A DNA stretch of 59,181 bases, the filler included, from Nemertoderma westbladi (taxonomy: Eukaryota; Animalia; Xenacoelomorpha), in assembly GCA_032718475.1 (NCBI GenBank). It is 2 parts of 2 records of this genome, joined end to end, with 100 filler letters (N's around TTAATTAATTAA, not from the genome) between each part and the next. Parts side by side here need not be neighbours in the genome. Positions count along the whole stretch, not along the records: positions 31,414 to 59,181 come from JAUCBJ010002341.1; 1 more part is not named here. One strand, written 5' to 3'. The translations under genes were made by a program, and so were the position numbers. A model generated the notes under the pieces. The model worked only from the letters and a program-made list of their open reading frames with translations, was not told the origin of the DNA and searched no databases. Below are positions 34,996 to 46,399 of the stretch, in pieces; position 1 is the stretch's first letter, and each line of letters opens with the position of its first letter.

Positions 34996-35982
34996 TATTT
35001 AATTTATTTTATTGTAAATCAAACAAACAAAGTAAAAACTTTTAAACTAAAACCATTACAAATGATTAATTGCGATTAAAGCGAGAGATTATATATAAGA
35101 TATTTTCAAAAATAATACAGGTCTTAAACTGGAAAATAGCCTAAATTCGGTTTATTGATTGGTTGATTAGCCGGTGGGTAACTACTGTACAGTACAGTAC
35201 AATTAAATAAAAAATTACGGTCAAGGTTGAGTAACTATGGAAATGTTTGTATACGTGTAGCTGGAAACGTGGCGGAATTTCAACACGTATCCTACTGCTT
35301 GGTTTGTTGATTTGGCGACAGCAGTTGTGGAGTTGGCAATCAATATAATATATGCTGTAGTTGGTGGCCACGTTGTCAGCATATACAGTATACAGTGGTT
35401 GGTTGCGTGGTGGTAACGTGGTGAAAAGGTGAATAACCGTAGGGTTAGGCAAACATCACCGTTGATTGGTTGGTTGGTGGGTGGGTAACAGCTGTGGATT
35501 GAGTAGCGACGGGATGGGGGGCTAGCCATGCATTGTGAGGTTAGGCTATGTGAAGATGAATATGCAATGGTTGGTGAAAAATAGCGATTTGAAAAATAGT
35601 AGAAGTTACCTGTAGACACCTCTAGCGTCTGTAAAATAAAGGTTGGTAAATATGAAAATACTGGTTGCTGAAAAATTGCGATTTGAAAAATAGTAGAAGT
35701 TACCTGATGCTAAGTGTAGACACTCGAACACCTGTAAAATAAAGGCTTATGATTGGACGGATGAGTAGCGTTGGGTGACTAATAACGCCTCTAGCGGAAG
35801 ATGCGGGAACTTGAGAAGTTGCCATGGTTACGGATTAAATGCTGACATCTGATTGGTTGAAATAATAACGACCACCGCTAAAGGTTGAAATAGTGGCTTC
35901 TGATTGGACAGAGTACCAGAAATGGATGGTAATGATGGGCTACGGGTGACCATTATCCAGTGTCATAGTATTGTATACTACT

Positions 35983-36460
35983 CCCGTGAAGGGATCCGGA
36001 CATCTGCCTGTATATTAGAGCTGTCCTCCCGTAAAGGGATCCGGACATCCGCCTGTAGATATTAGGCTGTCCTCCCGTGAAGGGATCCGGACATCCGCCT
36101 GTATATTAGGCTGTCCTCCCGTAAAGGGATCCGGACATCCGCCTGTAGATATTAGGCTGTCCTCCCGTGAAGGGATCCGGACATCCGCCTGTATATTAGG
36201 CTGTCCTCCCGTGAAGGGATCCGGACATCTGCCTGTATATTAGGCTGTCCTCCCGTAAAGGGATCCGGACATCCGCCTGTAGATATTAGGCTGTCCTCCC
36301 GTGAAGGGATCCGGACATCCGCCTGTAGATATTAGGCTGTCCTCCCGTAAAGGGATCCGGACACCCGCCTGTAAATATTAGGCTGTCCTCCCGTAAAGGG
36401 ATCCGGACATCCGCCTGTATATTAGGCTGTCCTCCCGTAAAGGGATCCGGACATCCGCCT
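35983..36460. repeat. 44/46-bp minisatellite (CCCGTRAAGGGATCCGGACATCCGCCTGTATATTAGGCTGTCCT), ~10 copies
   Basis: Direct reading. Confidence 0.93.
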
Positions 36461-36999
36461 AAGCCCATAGGCTGTCTCCCCCTTACTGCCTTAAGGGATT
36501 CGGATAAACAGATAGATGCGTAATTTTACAGATATAACAGCAGTAAAGCCGTTGCCAAAATAATTGCATTATTATTACCATATTAACATGAGTTTCGGTA
36601 TATGTATGAATACATATATACCATACAGTATGTTATATACAAGAACAATGTATTTTATATTTCGCGACTAAAAACTCCTAGTAACTCGTAAGGAGAGAAA
36701 AAAAAAAAAAAAAAAACAAACCGAAAGACTTCGGAAATAAGAATAATTCTGTAATTAAGTTAAAGATGAAAGTACAGAAGCTTATGTACACCAAAGTATA
36801 ATATAATGAAAAAAAAATTTTTTAGAATGCTATCCAAATATTTCTCCCTTGGTGAAAATATTAACAAACAATAAGTCAGTATAATATTTGTAGTATTATG
36901 CAATGTTGGAATGAACGTTTCAGTGAACCCAATATTTGTCAATATACGGTGAGCAGTCAGCTCCATTACTTACACTGCTAGTAACCTACCTGCACCTTG

Positions 37000-38165
37000 A
37001 AGCTCTGATAGGACGTTGCCTTAGCAACGATATTCTGGCTTTGAGCTTTGCTGCCCAGAGTGATTTACAAACCTGGTTGTTCCTATAGACCATATGCTGA
37101 TACACAACCTCCAAGGGAGGGGAAATGGCTCTGGTCCAGGTTGATATACGAGTCTGGTTATTCCTGCCGAGCAAATGCTAATACACACACACCCCTCCAA
37201 GGAAGGGAAAATAGTCACATAGGATGTCGCTGCAAAACCAATTACCTTTGTCAATTGGGTATTACAATTTGGGGTCTGGGACCCTACCGTGGGAAATTCC
37301 TGGCTACGCGGCTGATATACGGTGCCGGCATTCAATCAGCAGTCAGATGTTTGCCACATTTATTACGGCTGAAGTCAGACGATATTGCGAGAGTGATCCA
37401 GTACAGCAGTAGTGAAGTACAAGAGTAAGTGGAGAGGTAATTGACTGTGTTTGATAATTCTCTGGCCGCTGATGGTTTTAGGCAGAAGTCAGAATGGAGG
37501 ATTTGTCGCACTGCGGCAAATTCATATGTAAACAAGGCCTTGATAAACGGTAAAGTGAAATTCGTGCTCATTGGAGAAAAAATAACATAGAACATTCGGC
37601 AGTACGGGACAAAGAGAAAGGCTGGCCAATAGCTGATAATTTCGTCATTATAGCTCTGTACCAAAATAAACGCTAGAGGGCGTAAGTTTTATACGTTCTC
37701 CAATCCCTCGAGATATGCCAGCTTGCGAAATAGTTCGCGCATTGCACAAAAACGACACATTTTTGCCGCAAAAGCTTTAAAAAGACACCCATTGCGGCCA
37801 GTGTTGCAAAAGCTTGAAATGTATTACATTCAAACACGCAAGCCCGCTATCAACAAGCAGAAACGTGATTGGCGTAAGATTGTGGTGCTGCTTCCCAGTT
37901 GCTAGTTAGTTACAGACCTCTCTCTTCATTTCAATACTCGTTCTGTCTCCCTTGTGAATTTCTCCCTACATTTACTGACTTGGCCTCCTGAGAATGCCTT
38001 CAGCTGCAGGGCGAAACCTACCGTTCAGCAGGCTGCTCTCAGCTGATCATTGATTGCATGCAACGTCTAGGTCTTGTTGCTTTTTAGTTTTTTTACATAC
38101 TTTGGTACTTACACACCTACCGGTAAGATTTTTTACTTAACGTGCTTAATAAATAAATAAATATT
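37000..38165 (+). mobile_element. Highly degraded Penelope-like element (RT C-terminus/GIY-YIG tail remnant)
   Basis: FITAEVRRYCES resembles the PLE thumb motif; LEMYYIQTRKPAINKQ resembles the PLE GIY-YIG C-terminus (LE...I...KP.LN.Q); followed by a hammerhead-like core at 37988 and AATAAA repeats near 38150. Boundaries uncertain. Confidence 0.55.
37982..38035 (+). ncRNA. Candidate minimal hammerhead ribozyme (Penelope-associated)
   Basis: CTGAGAA-T-GCCTT/cagctgc/AGGGC-GAAAC..GTTC: variant of the CUGANGA core, stem II, GAAA, short stem III; stem I weak. Confidence 0.4.
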
Positions 38166-39164
38166 ATTCGTAATTATTGGTTACTCAAGCTTCTACTTCA
38201 ATAAATAATACTGTAGTAGGCCTAGTGGGTGTTAGCGACATAAAAAGTGCAATAGTGACAATCGTACAAATAATTTGTAAGTACCTTTGGCGCTTTGGCT
38301 ATAGATGGGAAATATTCAATACAGTAACTTATAAATTTGTCATCTAGTGTATAGGCCTACCCAAAGTTACTCATAAAAAACCGTTGGCACATTTGTCACA
38401 ATTTGGGCTAAAGGTTTGTTGTCACAATTTTTGCTAAAGGTATGTTCACAATAACGTTGGTGTTGGTGTTGGTGTTGGTGGGGGTTGGGTTTGGGGGGGG
38501 GGGGGTAGTTAGGTGTGAGAGAGTACGTGTAGGCCTTATGTATACATATAAAGACAAGAACATTATGGTATCGGCGATAAGTTATTTAAAATAGCTAGAA
38601 ATTAAAAAAAATATATTAAACAATTTTTGATTATTAATGTTCGGTAGCAAACCATACTGTAGTGATAGAAATATAACAATTAGTGTTAAAAAAAACTCCA
38701 ATTAAATCTCTAATAAAAACTCAAAGCCAGTGTTTCAGTAATATGCCAACATGTACCGGTAACATTGCCCCTCTTAATGGCAACGATTAATCTTCCTCTT
38801 AATGGGAACGTAGTTGCGACAACTTGGTTCAGCTACAGTACAGTACATAATGTACATATTTAAAAAAAGTATAGAATAAATTTATGCAACAAAATTGCTC
38901 GCGAGAGTGCTAGGACATATTCTACTGTATATTATGCTGTAGTTTACACTGTAAGCGCCAACTTAATCTCATTCAGTAACAATAACATAGAAAGGGAGAA
39001 AGTGCTACTATACAGTAGCACAAGTCGTAATGTGGAACTTGAATATTAAAAAATACACACACCGCTAATTTTATAATGTTTCAACTATAAAACATATTTT
39101 GAAATATGTATTGGTGAGATATACTGGAGAATACTGTAAACTGGAAGTAGGCCTATAGATCACC

Positions 39165-39578
39165 ATGTCTACGGATTACATATTATTGGATACCGATTCA
39201 TCTACGTCTTCGTGTGACTCATCCGAGTGCAGTGGGTGTCCAGAGATTGAGCGAACTCTAGTCCGTACCGTAGAATACACGTACGTGTACAACGACGAGA
39301 CCTTAAACGAACCTCCAGAATGGCGCCGCTTCGGTGCCGCTTTGGGTCGCTGGCTGTTAAACCTCGGTAGACGATTCGGCCATGCAGACAGGTCGTTTAG
39401 ACCTTCGAGAACTCCGACACCGACTCCGCCTGTCCTCAGACAATTCGCGTTTCATTCCTTGCCGGGTTATACCCCAGAGAGCTGTTGTAGCCAACAGGAG
39501 GGAGACTTTGAATACATACAACATGGTGGTCACAAAGATATCATACTGCCACCCGTTAAACATGAGTTGTCGCATTAA
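39165..39578 (+). CDS. Small intronless orphan protein, 137 aa
   Basis: CACCATG start context; GC-richer non-repetitive island in AT-rich flanks; no recognised domain. Confidence 0.55.
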   Translation: MSTDYILLDTDSSTSSCDSSECSGCPEIERTLVRTVEYTYVYNDETLNEPPEWRRFGAALGRWLLNLGRRFGHADRSFRPSRTPTPTPPVLRQFAFHSLPGYTPESCCSQQEGDFEYIQHGGHKDIILPPVKHELSH

Positions 39579-40221
39579 CTTATGTGGACACGCGACACGC
39601 CCTTCTAATTTTTTTATGTTTTTTATCCAGTTGGTAGAGTAACATATCAATTAGTCGAGGATGAGCTGATGCAACTTGTAGTTAAATAATGCAGACCTAA
39701 TGAGTTGTTTTGATGCTACAGTAGTGTAGACAGTGATTACCATTATTGGTTTGTTTAATAACTGTTTTTGCTAAATGATTTATGTTCTGGAACATAGTGT
39801 GAACTCATTACACGTTTAATTTTGGTGGTAGCTAGTGTTTTCGATAGTCGCTAGTCTGTTTGTTATTTTGACTATAAAATTATTTTTTTAAATCACGTTA
39901 TATTTTATTTTTTTCTAGTTAAGAAAGGCAGAATAATGGTGACACGGGATACACAAGTAGGCCTAGGCCTATCGTTGTTTTTGTTAATCTTAATAAGTGG
40001 AAAAAATGTTGAAGGACGCTCACCATACGGCGCGGTGCAATAGAGGACATTCTTATAAACTTTTTAAACGTTTTACTAGATTAGAGATAACTAAGTATTG
40101 CTTTCAAACCCAGGGACGGATTTCGGATTTTCGGGCCCCCGGCAGTCGCAACTTTCGGCGCGACTTTAAGTAATTTAATTATGCAAAAAAAAAAGGAACA
40201 AAATAAAAATTACTTTCGTTA

Positions 40222-40742
40222 GGCCCCCCTCACACGGAGCAACTTGTTTCTGCAACTTGTTTCTGAAACTTGTTGCTGGACCCCCTCACACACAGAAACT
40301 TGTTGCGTTGCTGCAACTTGTTTCCGAAACTTGTTTCTGTGTGTGAGGACTCCAGCAACAAGTTTCTGCAACATGTTTCCGCAACTTATTTCTGTGTGTG
40401 AGGGAGTCCAGCAACAAGTTGCTGGAAGTTATATTCCCAGCAACTTTTTTAAAAACTTTTATTACATTCCATTTTTTGATACTAGCTAATATTAGATAAT
40501 TTGAGTGATGTGATATTATATATAAATGACTGGACATGTTAGCTATTTATTTGGAAATAATTGTTATTTTCTTCAGCAACAAGTTTCTGTGTGTGAGGGG
40601 GTCCAGCAACAAGTTGCAGAAACAAGTTTCGGAAACAAGTTGCTGAAACAAGTTGCAGCAACAAGTTTCTGTGTGTGAGGGGGTCCAGCAACAAGTTTCA
40701 GAAACAAGTTGCAGAAACAAGTTGCTCCGTGTGAGGGGGGCC
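40222..40742. mobile_element. PIF/Harbinger-type MITE (TIR GGCCCCCCTCACACGGAG), internal AACTTGTT repeats
   Basis: TIRs flanked by TTA/TAA; second copy in the opposite orientation at 52460-53371. Confidence 0.85.
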
Positions 40743-40949
40743 TAAGAATCAGCGCAGTGATTCAAATAATTAAAATATTAAAATAATTAAAATATTAAAA
40801 TAATTAAAATATTATTAACAATACTACGGTGGCTGATCTTTGCCAATTAATTTATTATTTTTTGTTTTTTTTTTCAGAAATTCTCCTTGACGTCATAATT
40901 TGACCAAAAATTAATTTATGGTCGACCAAATATTTATTTATGGTCGACC

Positions 40950-41197
40950 AAAAATTATTAATTTATGGTCGACCATAAATTAATTCCTGGTAGTTTGAAT
41001 TTCCCGGTAACTTGTAGGTCGAGATTTTGACTGGCCATTCATTGGTTAGAGTAGTGGGAAACCATCAAAATGCATGTTTTTTGAATGTAATTACTTAAAG
41101 TAACCATTGAATGGCCTGTCCAAATCTCGCCGTACAAGGTACCGGGAAATTTAAACTTCCAGAAATTAATTTATGGTGACCATAAATTAATAATTAT
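40950..41197. repeat. Short palindromic element with ATTTATGGTCGACCATAAAT termini
   Basis: TTTCCCGGTAAC..CGAGATTT..GGCCATTCA is inverted by TGAATGGCC..AAATCTCG..TACCGGGAAA. Confidence 0.7.
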
Positions 41198-41425
41198 TTT
41201 AATAGTTATTTTATGAAGGCCCTGGATCAGCACCCTGTAGAGTGTAGATAGTTATTGAGTATCGTATATTGTAGGTAGTCCTACTGTACAGTAGCTATAA
41301 AAAAACTGAAAAAATTGGAAGGGGTGTTGGTATTCCAATCGTGTAGTCAGGTGTCACTTTTCATAGTTTGGAATCATGGTAAACGGACAGGTTGTATCCA
41401 GACAAGTTGTATCCAGACAAGTTGT

Positions 41426-43306
41426 TTTCATTTCACAATATCACTGTAACTGATCTCTTAACCATCTTGGATAAACTAAATACGAATAAATCTGCTGGTC
41501 CCTCCACAATTCCCCCACGCATAATAAAATTAATTAAGACAAAAATAGCCTACCCATTAACATATATAATAAACCAAAGTTTAACCACATCGAAGTTCCC
41601 CTCAAACTTAAAAATGACTAATATTACCCCTGTTTTCAAAAAGGGAGATAGAGAGAATGCTACCAACTATCGCCCAATATCTGTAACATCCACATTTGCT
41701 AAAATTTTTGAAACCGTAATGCTAAACCAAATTGTATCATATATAACTAAAAATAAAATAATCAAAAATAAACAATTCGGTTTTCGCAAAGGATATGCAA
41801 CTTCTGATGCATTAATTTACACTACAGAATCATGGAAAGCAACACTAGATAGCAATAAATACGTGGCCATTGCAGCACTGGATGTAGCAAAAGCGTTCAA
41901 CTCTTTAAATCATAATATCCTATTAAACAAACTTACCCGACTCGGATTTCACACTACTGCCACCAACCTAATAGCAAACTACTTACATGATAGGGTGCAA
42001 AGAGTCAAAATTAATAATACTCATTCTGACTGGGCTAAAATTAATCACGGCATTCCACAGGGTACCCAAGTAGGACCTATCCTATTTCTTTTATACGTAA
42101 ATAACATATCCGCCTTCTCTGATTTAGATCTAATCCAATATGCTGATGACACTCTAATATTTGCATCACATTCAAATCCTTTAACAGCAACACACAATCT
42201 ATCTGAACATGTAGACAAACTGGAACGTAACCTACTAGATATAAACCTAGATCTCAACACGGATAAGTCAGAATTTATCTTACTTTCTCCAAAAACCAGA
42301 ACACCGAGCATAGAAAAAATACAACTAAAAACACAGTCATACACAATTGAACAATCCACTTCAATTAAGTACTTAGGCGTTATTATTGATAATAGACTTA
42401 ACTGGCACGCCCAAATTGACCAAATTACTCACAAAATGGCCCTTGCAATATCATGCCTACGCAATGTTAAAGGACAACTACCATTGAAGACAAAATTAAA
42501 TATATATAAATCTACAGTATTACCTTACCAAAATTATTGCTCAGATTTGCTAGTACCATTACACAAACAATATGGATATAAACAAAAACTATATGAAATA
42601 GAGAAACAACAAAACTTTGGTTTACGCGTAGTCTTCAGTAAAAAGAATAGGGATTCCACCGGCACAGAACTTCGCACCATTGCTAAAATACCAAATTTAC
42701 ATTCACTGCGAGAATTTAACGCTTTAAAATTCTTTCACAAATATACGCATAACTTATCCACCCCTTTCAAACACATAGATCTACCATACTTACCAATTAC
42801 TTTGTTAACTTCTGGTTCCCACAAACTTCTAAACCCACGCACGTACAATATTAAAATTCCAAAAACTTATTCAAATCATGGAACTTACAGTTTAACAGTG
42901 GCACTTATTAAAATATGGAATAGTATCCCCACTGAAATTAAAAAACAAGATACATATAAATTATTTTTACGCGACGTAAAAGCAAAATATTTGAAACACT
43001 ACACTCGATACGAAGAAATAACTTAATCCCAGGAACAGGATATATACTGCACTGTGCTGCATTCACCTTTTTATTAGTTTATTGTTATTGTTATTTGTTT
43101 AGATACCAGTAAAGTTGTTAGTAGTAGGCCCCGCCCCTACTTGATGTCTATGTTTTACGTATATAGTTAGACCCCTGCTGGACAACTGACGCTTATTTCC
43201 TTTTTAAATTATCAGCTTGTGCGACGTTTGTTTGCTAGCTGCCTCCAATTGGTTTACCAGGCGGAGTTTTAAGGAAATAAAAGATGTTTATTATTATTAT
43301 TATTAT
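41426..43306 (+). mobile_element. 5'-truncated CR1/L2-group LINE inserted in the left MULE TIR; open RT frame to 43026
   Basis: KKGDRENATNYRPIS, QFGFRKG, LDVAKAFNSL, GIPQGTQVGPILFLLYVN, YADD, KYLGVIIDNRLNW; AATAAA at 43276 and (TAT)n tail; TTGT duplicated at both junctions. Confidence 0.92.
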
Positions 43307-43759
43307 TTGTATCCAGACAAGTTGTATCCAATTTCCTATTCTTAGCTTACAAAAGGACATTTTGTATCCCGATTTTCGGACATGTTGTATCCAACTTATT
43401 TACGTTGTAAATTAACTGTAATTCTATCCTATTGAATAATATAATTAACTAGGCGATCCATAATCATAATACTGTACATTATACGATTAATTAGTTCAGA
43501 GCATTTCTTTCTTTCTCCAATCAGGATTTCTCACTTTAATAGCATTGTGTAATGGAGGTCAAACAAATGACACTGCATCATGAATATGTAGAGGAGGTCA
43601 AACAAATGAAACTGCATCATGAATATCAACTGTAAATCCATGTAGTAACCGTTTAATATTTTAGCGATCTCGATTATATGTTCAATTTGTAAATTACATT
43701 TTAATTAATTAATTTTTAGTTATTGTACCAATACATTCTTCCTTGTATCAAAAAACTCC

Positions 43760-45223
43760 ATGGCCGTGTATCAAAAAACTATACACGGTAATTCTAAACT
43801 TTGCCATGATGGCAAAATGTATTCCAAACGGAAAACCGACAAGGATGGGTCTGAAATGTGGGTTTGTACCAAACGACCCCACTGTATTGGTTCCGTAAAG
43901 ACATTGACTCCACACTCAACCGAAGTCATTACTAGTAATCCCCATAACTGTATCGATTCTCCGATTGTGGAATTGTCATCATTCCGACAGAGAATAGCGG
44001 ACCAGGCCTCATCATCCCATACCAAACCCACCCAAATCTATTGTTCCTCACTTCGGGATCTTGATTCAAAGTTGCACACCAGTTTGCCGCAACGTTCATC
44101 ACTGCTGCGGCAGATACGTCGTGTAAGATCACGCCACCTTCCCCCGGATCCGAAATCACTAAAGGAACTCTCATTCCATGGTGACTCCATCATAGATTTT
44201 ATAACTTCAGATAATGGAGGAAAGTTCCTCCAATATGACAATGGTGTCAATGCTGATGAGAGAATTGTGGTATTCTGGACCGATGAATCTATGAAATTTC
44301 TATGTAGTTCGTCAGAATGGGGAGTTGATGGCACATTTTCAATCGCTCCCAAACCGTTTTACCAGTTATATATAGTCTGTGCCAAGGTGTACACTCGTAT
44401 GCTGCCACTGCTTTATGCATTTCTCGAAAGCAAAACAGAAACTACTTACTCGGAGTTATTCAATGTGATCGCCATGCAAGGGGCTTCACCTTCGGTTGTC
44501 CACGTGGACTTTGAGAAGGCGGCACACAACGCAATCATTGCGGCTTTCGGCGACAGTGTGACGTTTGTTTTCTGTTACTTCCATCTCCGCCAAGCGATTA
44601 ACAAGCGCATTCAAGAGCTTGGATTGAAATCTCACTATCAGTCCAATTTGGAGTTTAGGTTATGGGCCTCCAAGATTTCTTCACTTGCTTTGCTGCCAAC
44701 AGATAAAGTGAAAGATGGGTTCCGCATAATACAAGACATTGCCCCCCGGGAAGGCGCCGAACTGTTAACCTACTTCGACCGAACCTATCTGAGTGGACCT
44801 CGACGTATTCGTAGCGACAGCAATGGCCTTGTCTCGAAGATACGTTCTGCGGGACCCTTATTTGCAGTTGAGAAGTGGAATGTTCATGCAGCCACATTAA
44901 ATGACTTTGGCAGAACTAACAATGCTTCAGAGGCTGTTAATCGTGATATTTCTACCATTATAGGAAGTAAGCACCCTTCTGTGTGGAAACTTATTGATGC
45001 TCTAAAAGCGAAAGATGCTGATGTCCAATGTCAACTTGCTCGGGCCGCAGTTGGACAGCAAGAGCCACGTCGAGAAAGTTTAGAATCTAAAACATTTGAT
45101 AGACGCATAAAGACGCTGCTCTGCACTGAGATTACCAACCAACAGCGCACTCATTGGTGTCGGCGAGAACATAGAGTTATTAAAGAGAAGAAAGTCATTG
45201 TTTTCAAATATCAACGTAAGTGA
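43760..45223 (+). CDS. MULE transposase with N-terminal FLYWCH-like zinc finger, 487 aa
   Basis: DGKMYS..WVC..C..HNC; WGVDGTFS; QLYIV; HVDFEKAAHNAI; CYFHLRQA; YFDRTYL; RTNNASEAVN; HPSVWKLI. Confidence 0.92.
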   Translation: MAVYQKTIHGNSKLCHDGKMYSKRKTDKDGSEMWVCTKRPHCIGSVKTLTPHSTEVITSNPHNCIDSPIVELSSFRQRIADQASSSHTKPTQIYCSSLRDLDSKLHTSLPQRSSLLRQIRRVRSRHLPPDPKSLKELSFHGDSIIDFITSDNGGKFLQYDNGVNADERIVVFWTDESMKFLCSSSEWGVDGTFSIAPKPFYQLYIVCAKVYTRMLPLLYAFLESKTETTYSELFNVIAMQGASPSVVHVDFEKAAHNAIIAAFGDSVTFVFCYFHLRQAINKRIQELGLKSHYQSNLEFRLWASKISSLALLPTDKVKDGFRIIQDIAPREGAELLTYFDRTYLSGPRRIRSDSNGLVSKIRSAGPLFAVEKWNVHAATLNDFGRTNNASEAVNRDISTIIGSKHPSVWKLIDALKAKDADVQCQLARAAVGQQEPRRESLESKTFDRRIKTLLCTEITNQQRTHWCRREHRVIKEKKVIVFKYQRK

Positions 45224-45660
45224 CTCTGAAATGGACAAGGACTTCAAATAACTCGGTGTAACATTTTGGCTAATAACTTTGTGTAACGATTTAGTTTAGT
45301 TTTAGTAACAATGTTATGTACTATTATGTGTATTGTATATTATGTTTATTAACTACAGTATTAATGAAAATTATAAGAATAGTTTATAATTCAACTGTGA
45401 AATTATTTAGCAATTTTTTTATGCCGGGATACAACTTGTCCTTTTTTTTGGAAGACAAGTTGTATCCAGGAAAATTGGATACAAGATGTCTGGATACAAC
45501 TTGTCTGGATACAACTTGTCTGTATACGACTTGTCCTGTAACCGAAATCATGCCAAACTATGAAAAATGGTCCCTGATTAAAAAATAAAATAGTAGTTCC
45601 GATAAAAGTTTCGTTAAACCATCAACTGGTCTAAACAGCAATACGGTAACCGCAGAACCC

Positions 45661-46201
45661 TTGGTCGAAAATGTGTATAAAGATTCGTCGCAACAGTGTG
45701 AGTATAATGATTCACTCAATTCCACTACATCTCAGGAGCAAGCGACGACATGTGCGGAAAATTCAGAAACAGTCTTAGAAACATCGAAAAATAATATTAG
45801 GAAAAATTCACCGGTGAGCTATGGTGAACCTAATCTTACGGAAAGTGCCGATAAAATGAGTCAACCTACATTAGCTGATGAAATTTCTGAAGATCTACCG
45901 CCCGAAGAAAAAAAAGTTGTGGACCACGTCAAACCCATAAATAACAAATGGATTCTTAAGAAACGTAAAAAATACAAAGAAAGGCTAATGCAATCTCAAA
46001 GTAAGAAAGGAGTTCACTGGGGAACAGTTTTTCGAAGAGAAATGACATTGAAAAAAACTGCGAGTGAAGAGACAGATAACAATAATGCGATGAAAATAGT
46101 AAAACCAAGAAAAGAAACCATAAACCAGAGCATAAAACCCGAAGACGGTTACGCCAAAAAGAAAAGGCCTTCAATAGGCTGGTTTGGGAAGGGGAGAAAA
46201 G
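45661..46201 (+). CDS. Exon of a spliced low-complexity charged protein (5' boundary uncertain); joins 50474-50609, 51312-51386, 51813-52275
   Basis: Open frame from 45589; donor AAAG|GTTAGA in phase 1 matches acceptor TTTCCATAG|GA at 50474. Confidence 0.55.
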
Positions 46202-46399
46202 GTTAGAACCTAGGCGCCTACATGAAGTTTAAAATATTACTATTGGAATCCATATTACTACAGTTACTGTATGTAAGATAATGTGTCCATTTTGATTTTA
46301 CGTAAAGATGTGGTCTGGGATGACGTCCAAATAAATTTGTAAAAAGTTTACTTTTTGGAAAAGAGACCAGAGGGGGATTTTGGGATATTTTTCGGTAAC

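Larger units (their letters stand above)
31414..35982 (-). mobile_element. Endogenous Polinton/Maverick (adintovirus-like) element, one end present, remainder truncated at assembly gap
   Basis: Tightly packed, co-oriented intronless ORFs: integrase, GG-motif protein, FtsK/A32-type ATPase, RING, orphan. Terminal ..ACTACT at 35977-35982 (AGTAGT on minus) abuts the middle of a satellite unit. Confidence 0.88.
41378..45543 (+). mobile_element. MULE (Mutator-like) DNA transposon with TIRs built of 15-bp GACAAGTTGTATCCA units
   Basis: Left GGTAAACGGACAGG.., right ..CTTGTCCTGTAACC; four units per TIR; flanks GGAATCAT / GAAATCAT (8 bp, 1 mismatch). Confidence 0.88.

Noticed and set aside
35141-35619. 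Two minus-strand ORFs near the Polinton end
   Set aside because: Non-ATG starts and low-complexity CCA/ACC-rich sequence; more likely non-coding terminal region.
39919-39956. Possible micro-exon (TTTTCTAG...|GTAGGC) upstream of the MULE
   Set aside because: Cannot be linked in frame to any other exon, and the donor overlaps a common TAGGCCTA motif.
41392-41425. MYPDKLYPDKL N-terminus on the RT ORF
   Set aside because: Non-ATG start inside the MULE TIR; chance in-frame fusion with a truncated LINE.
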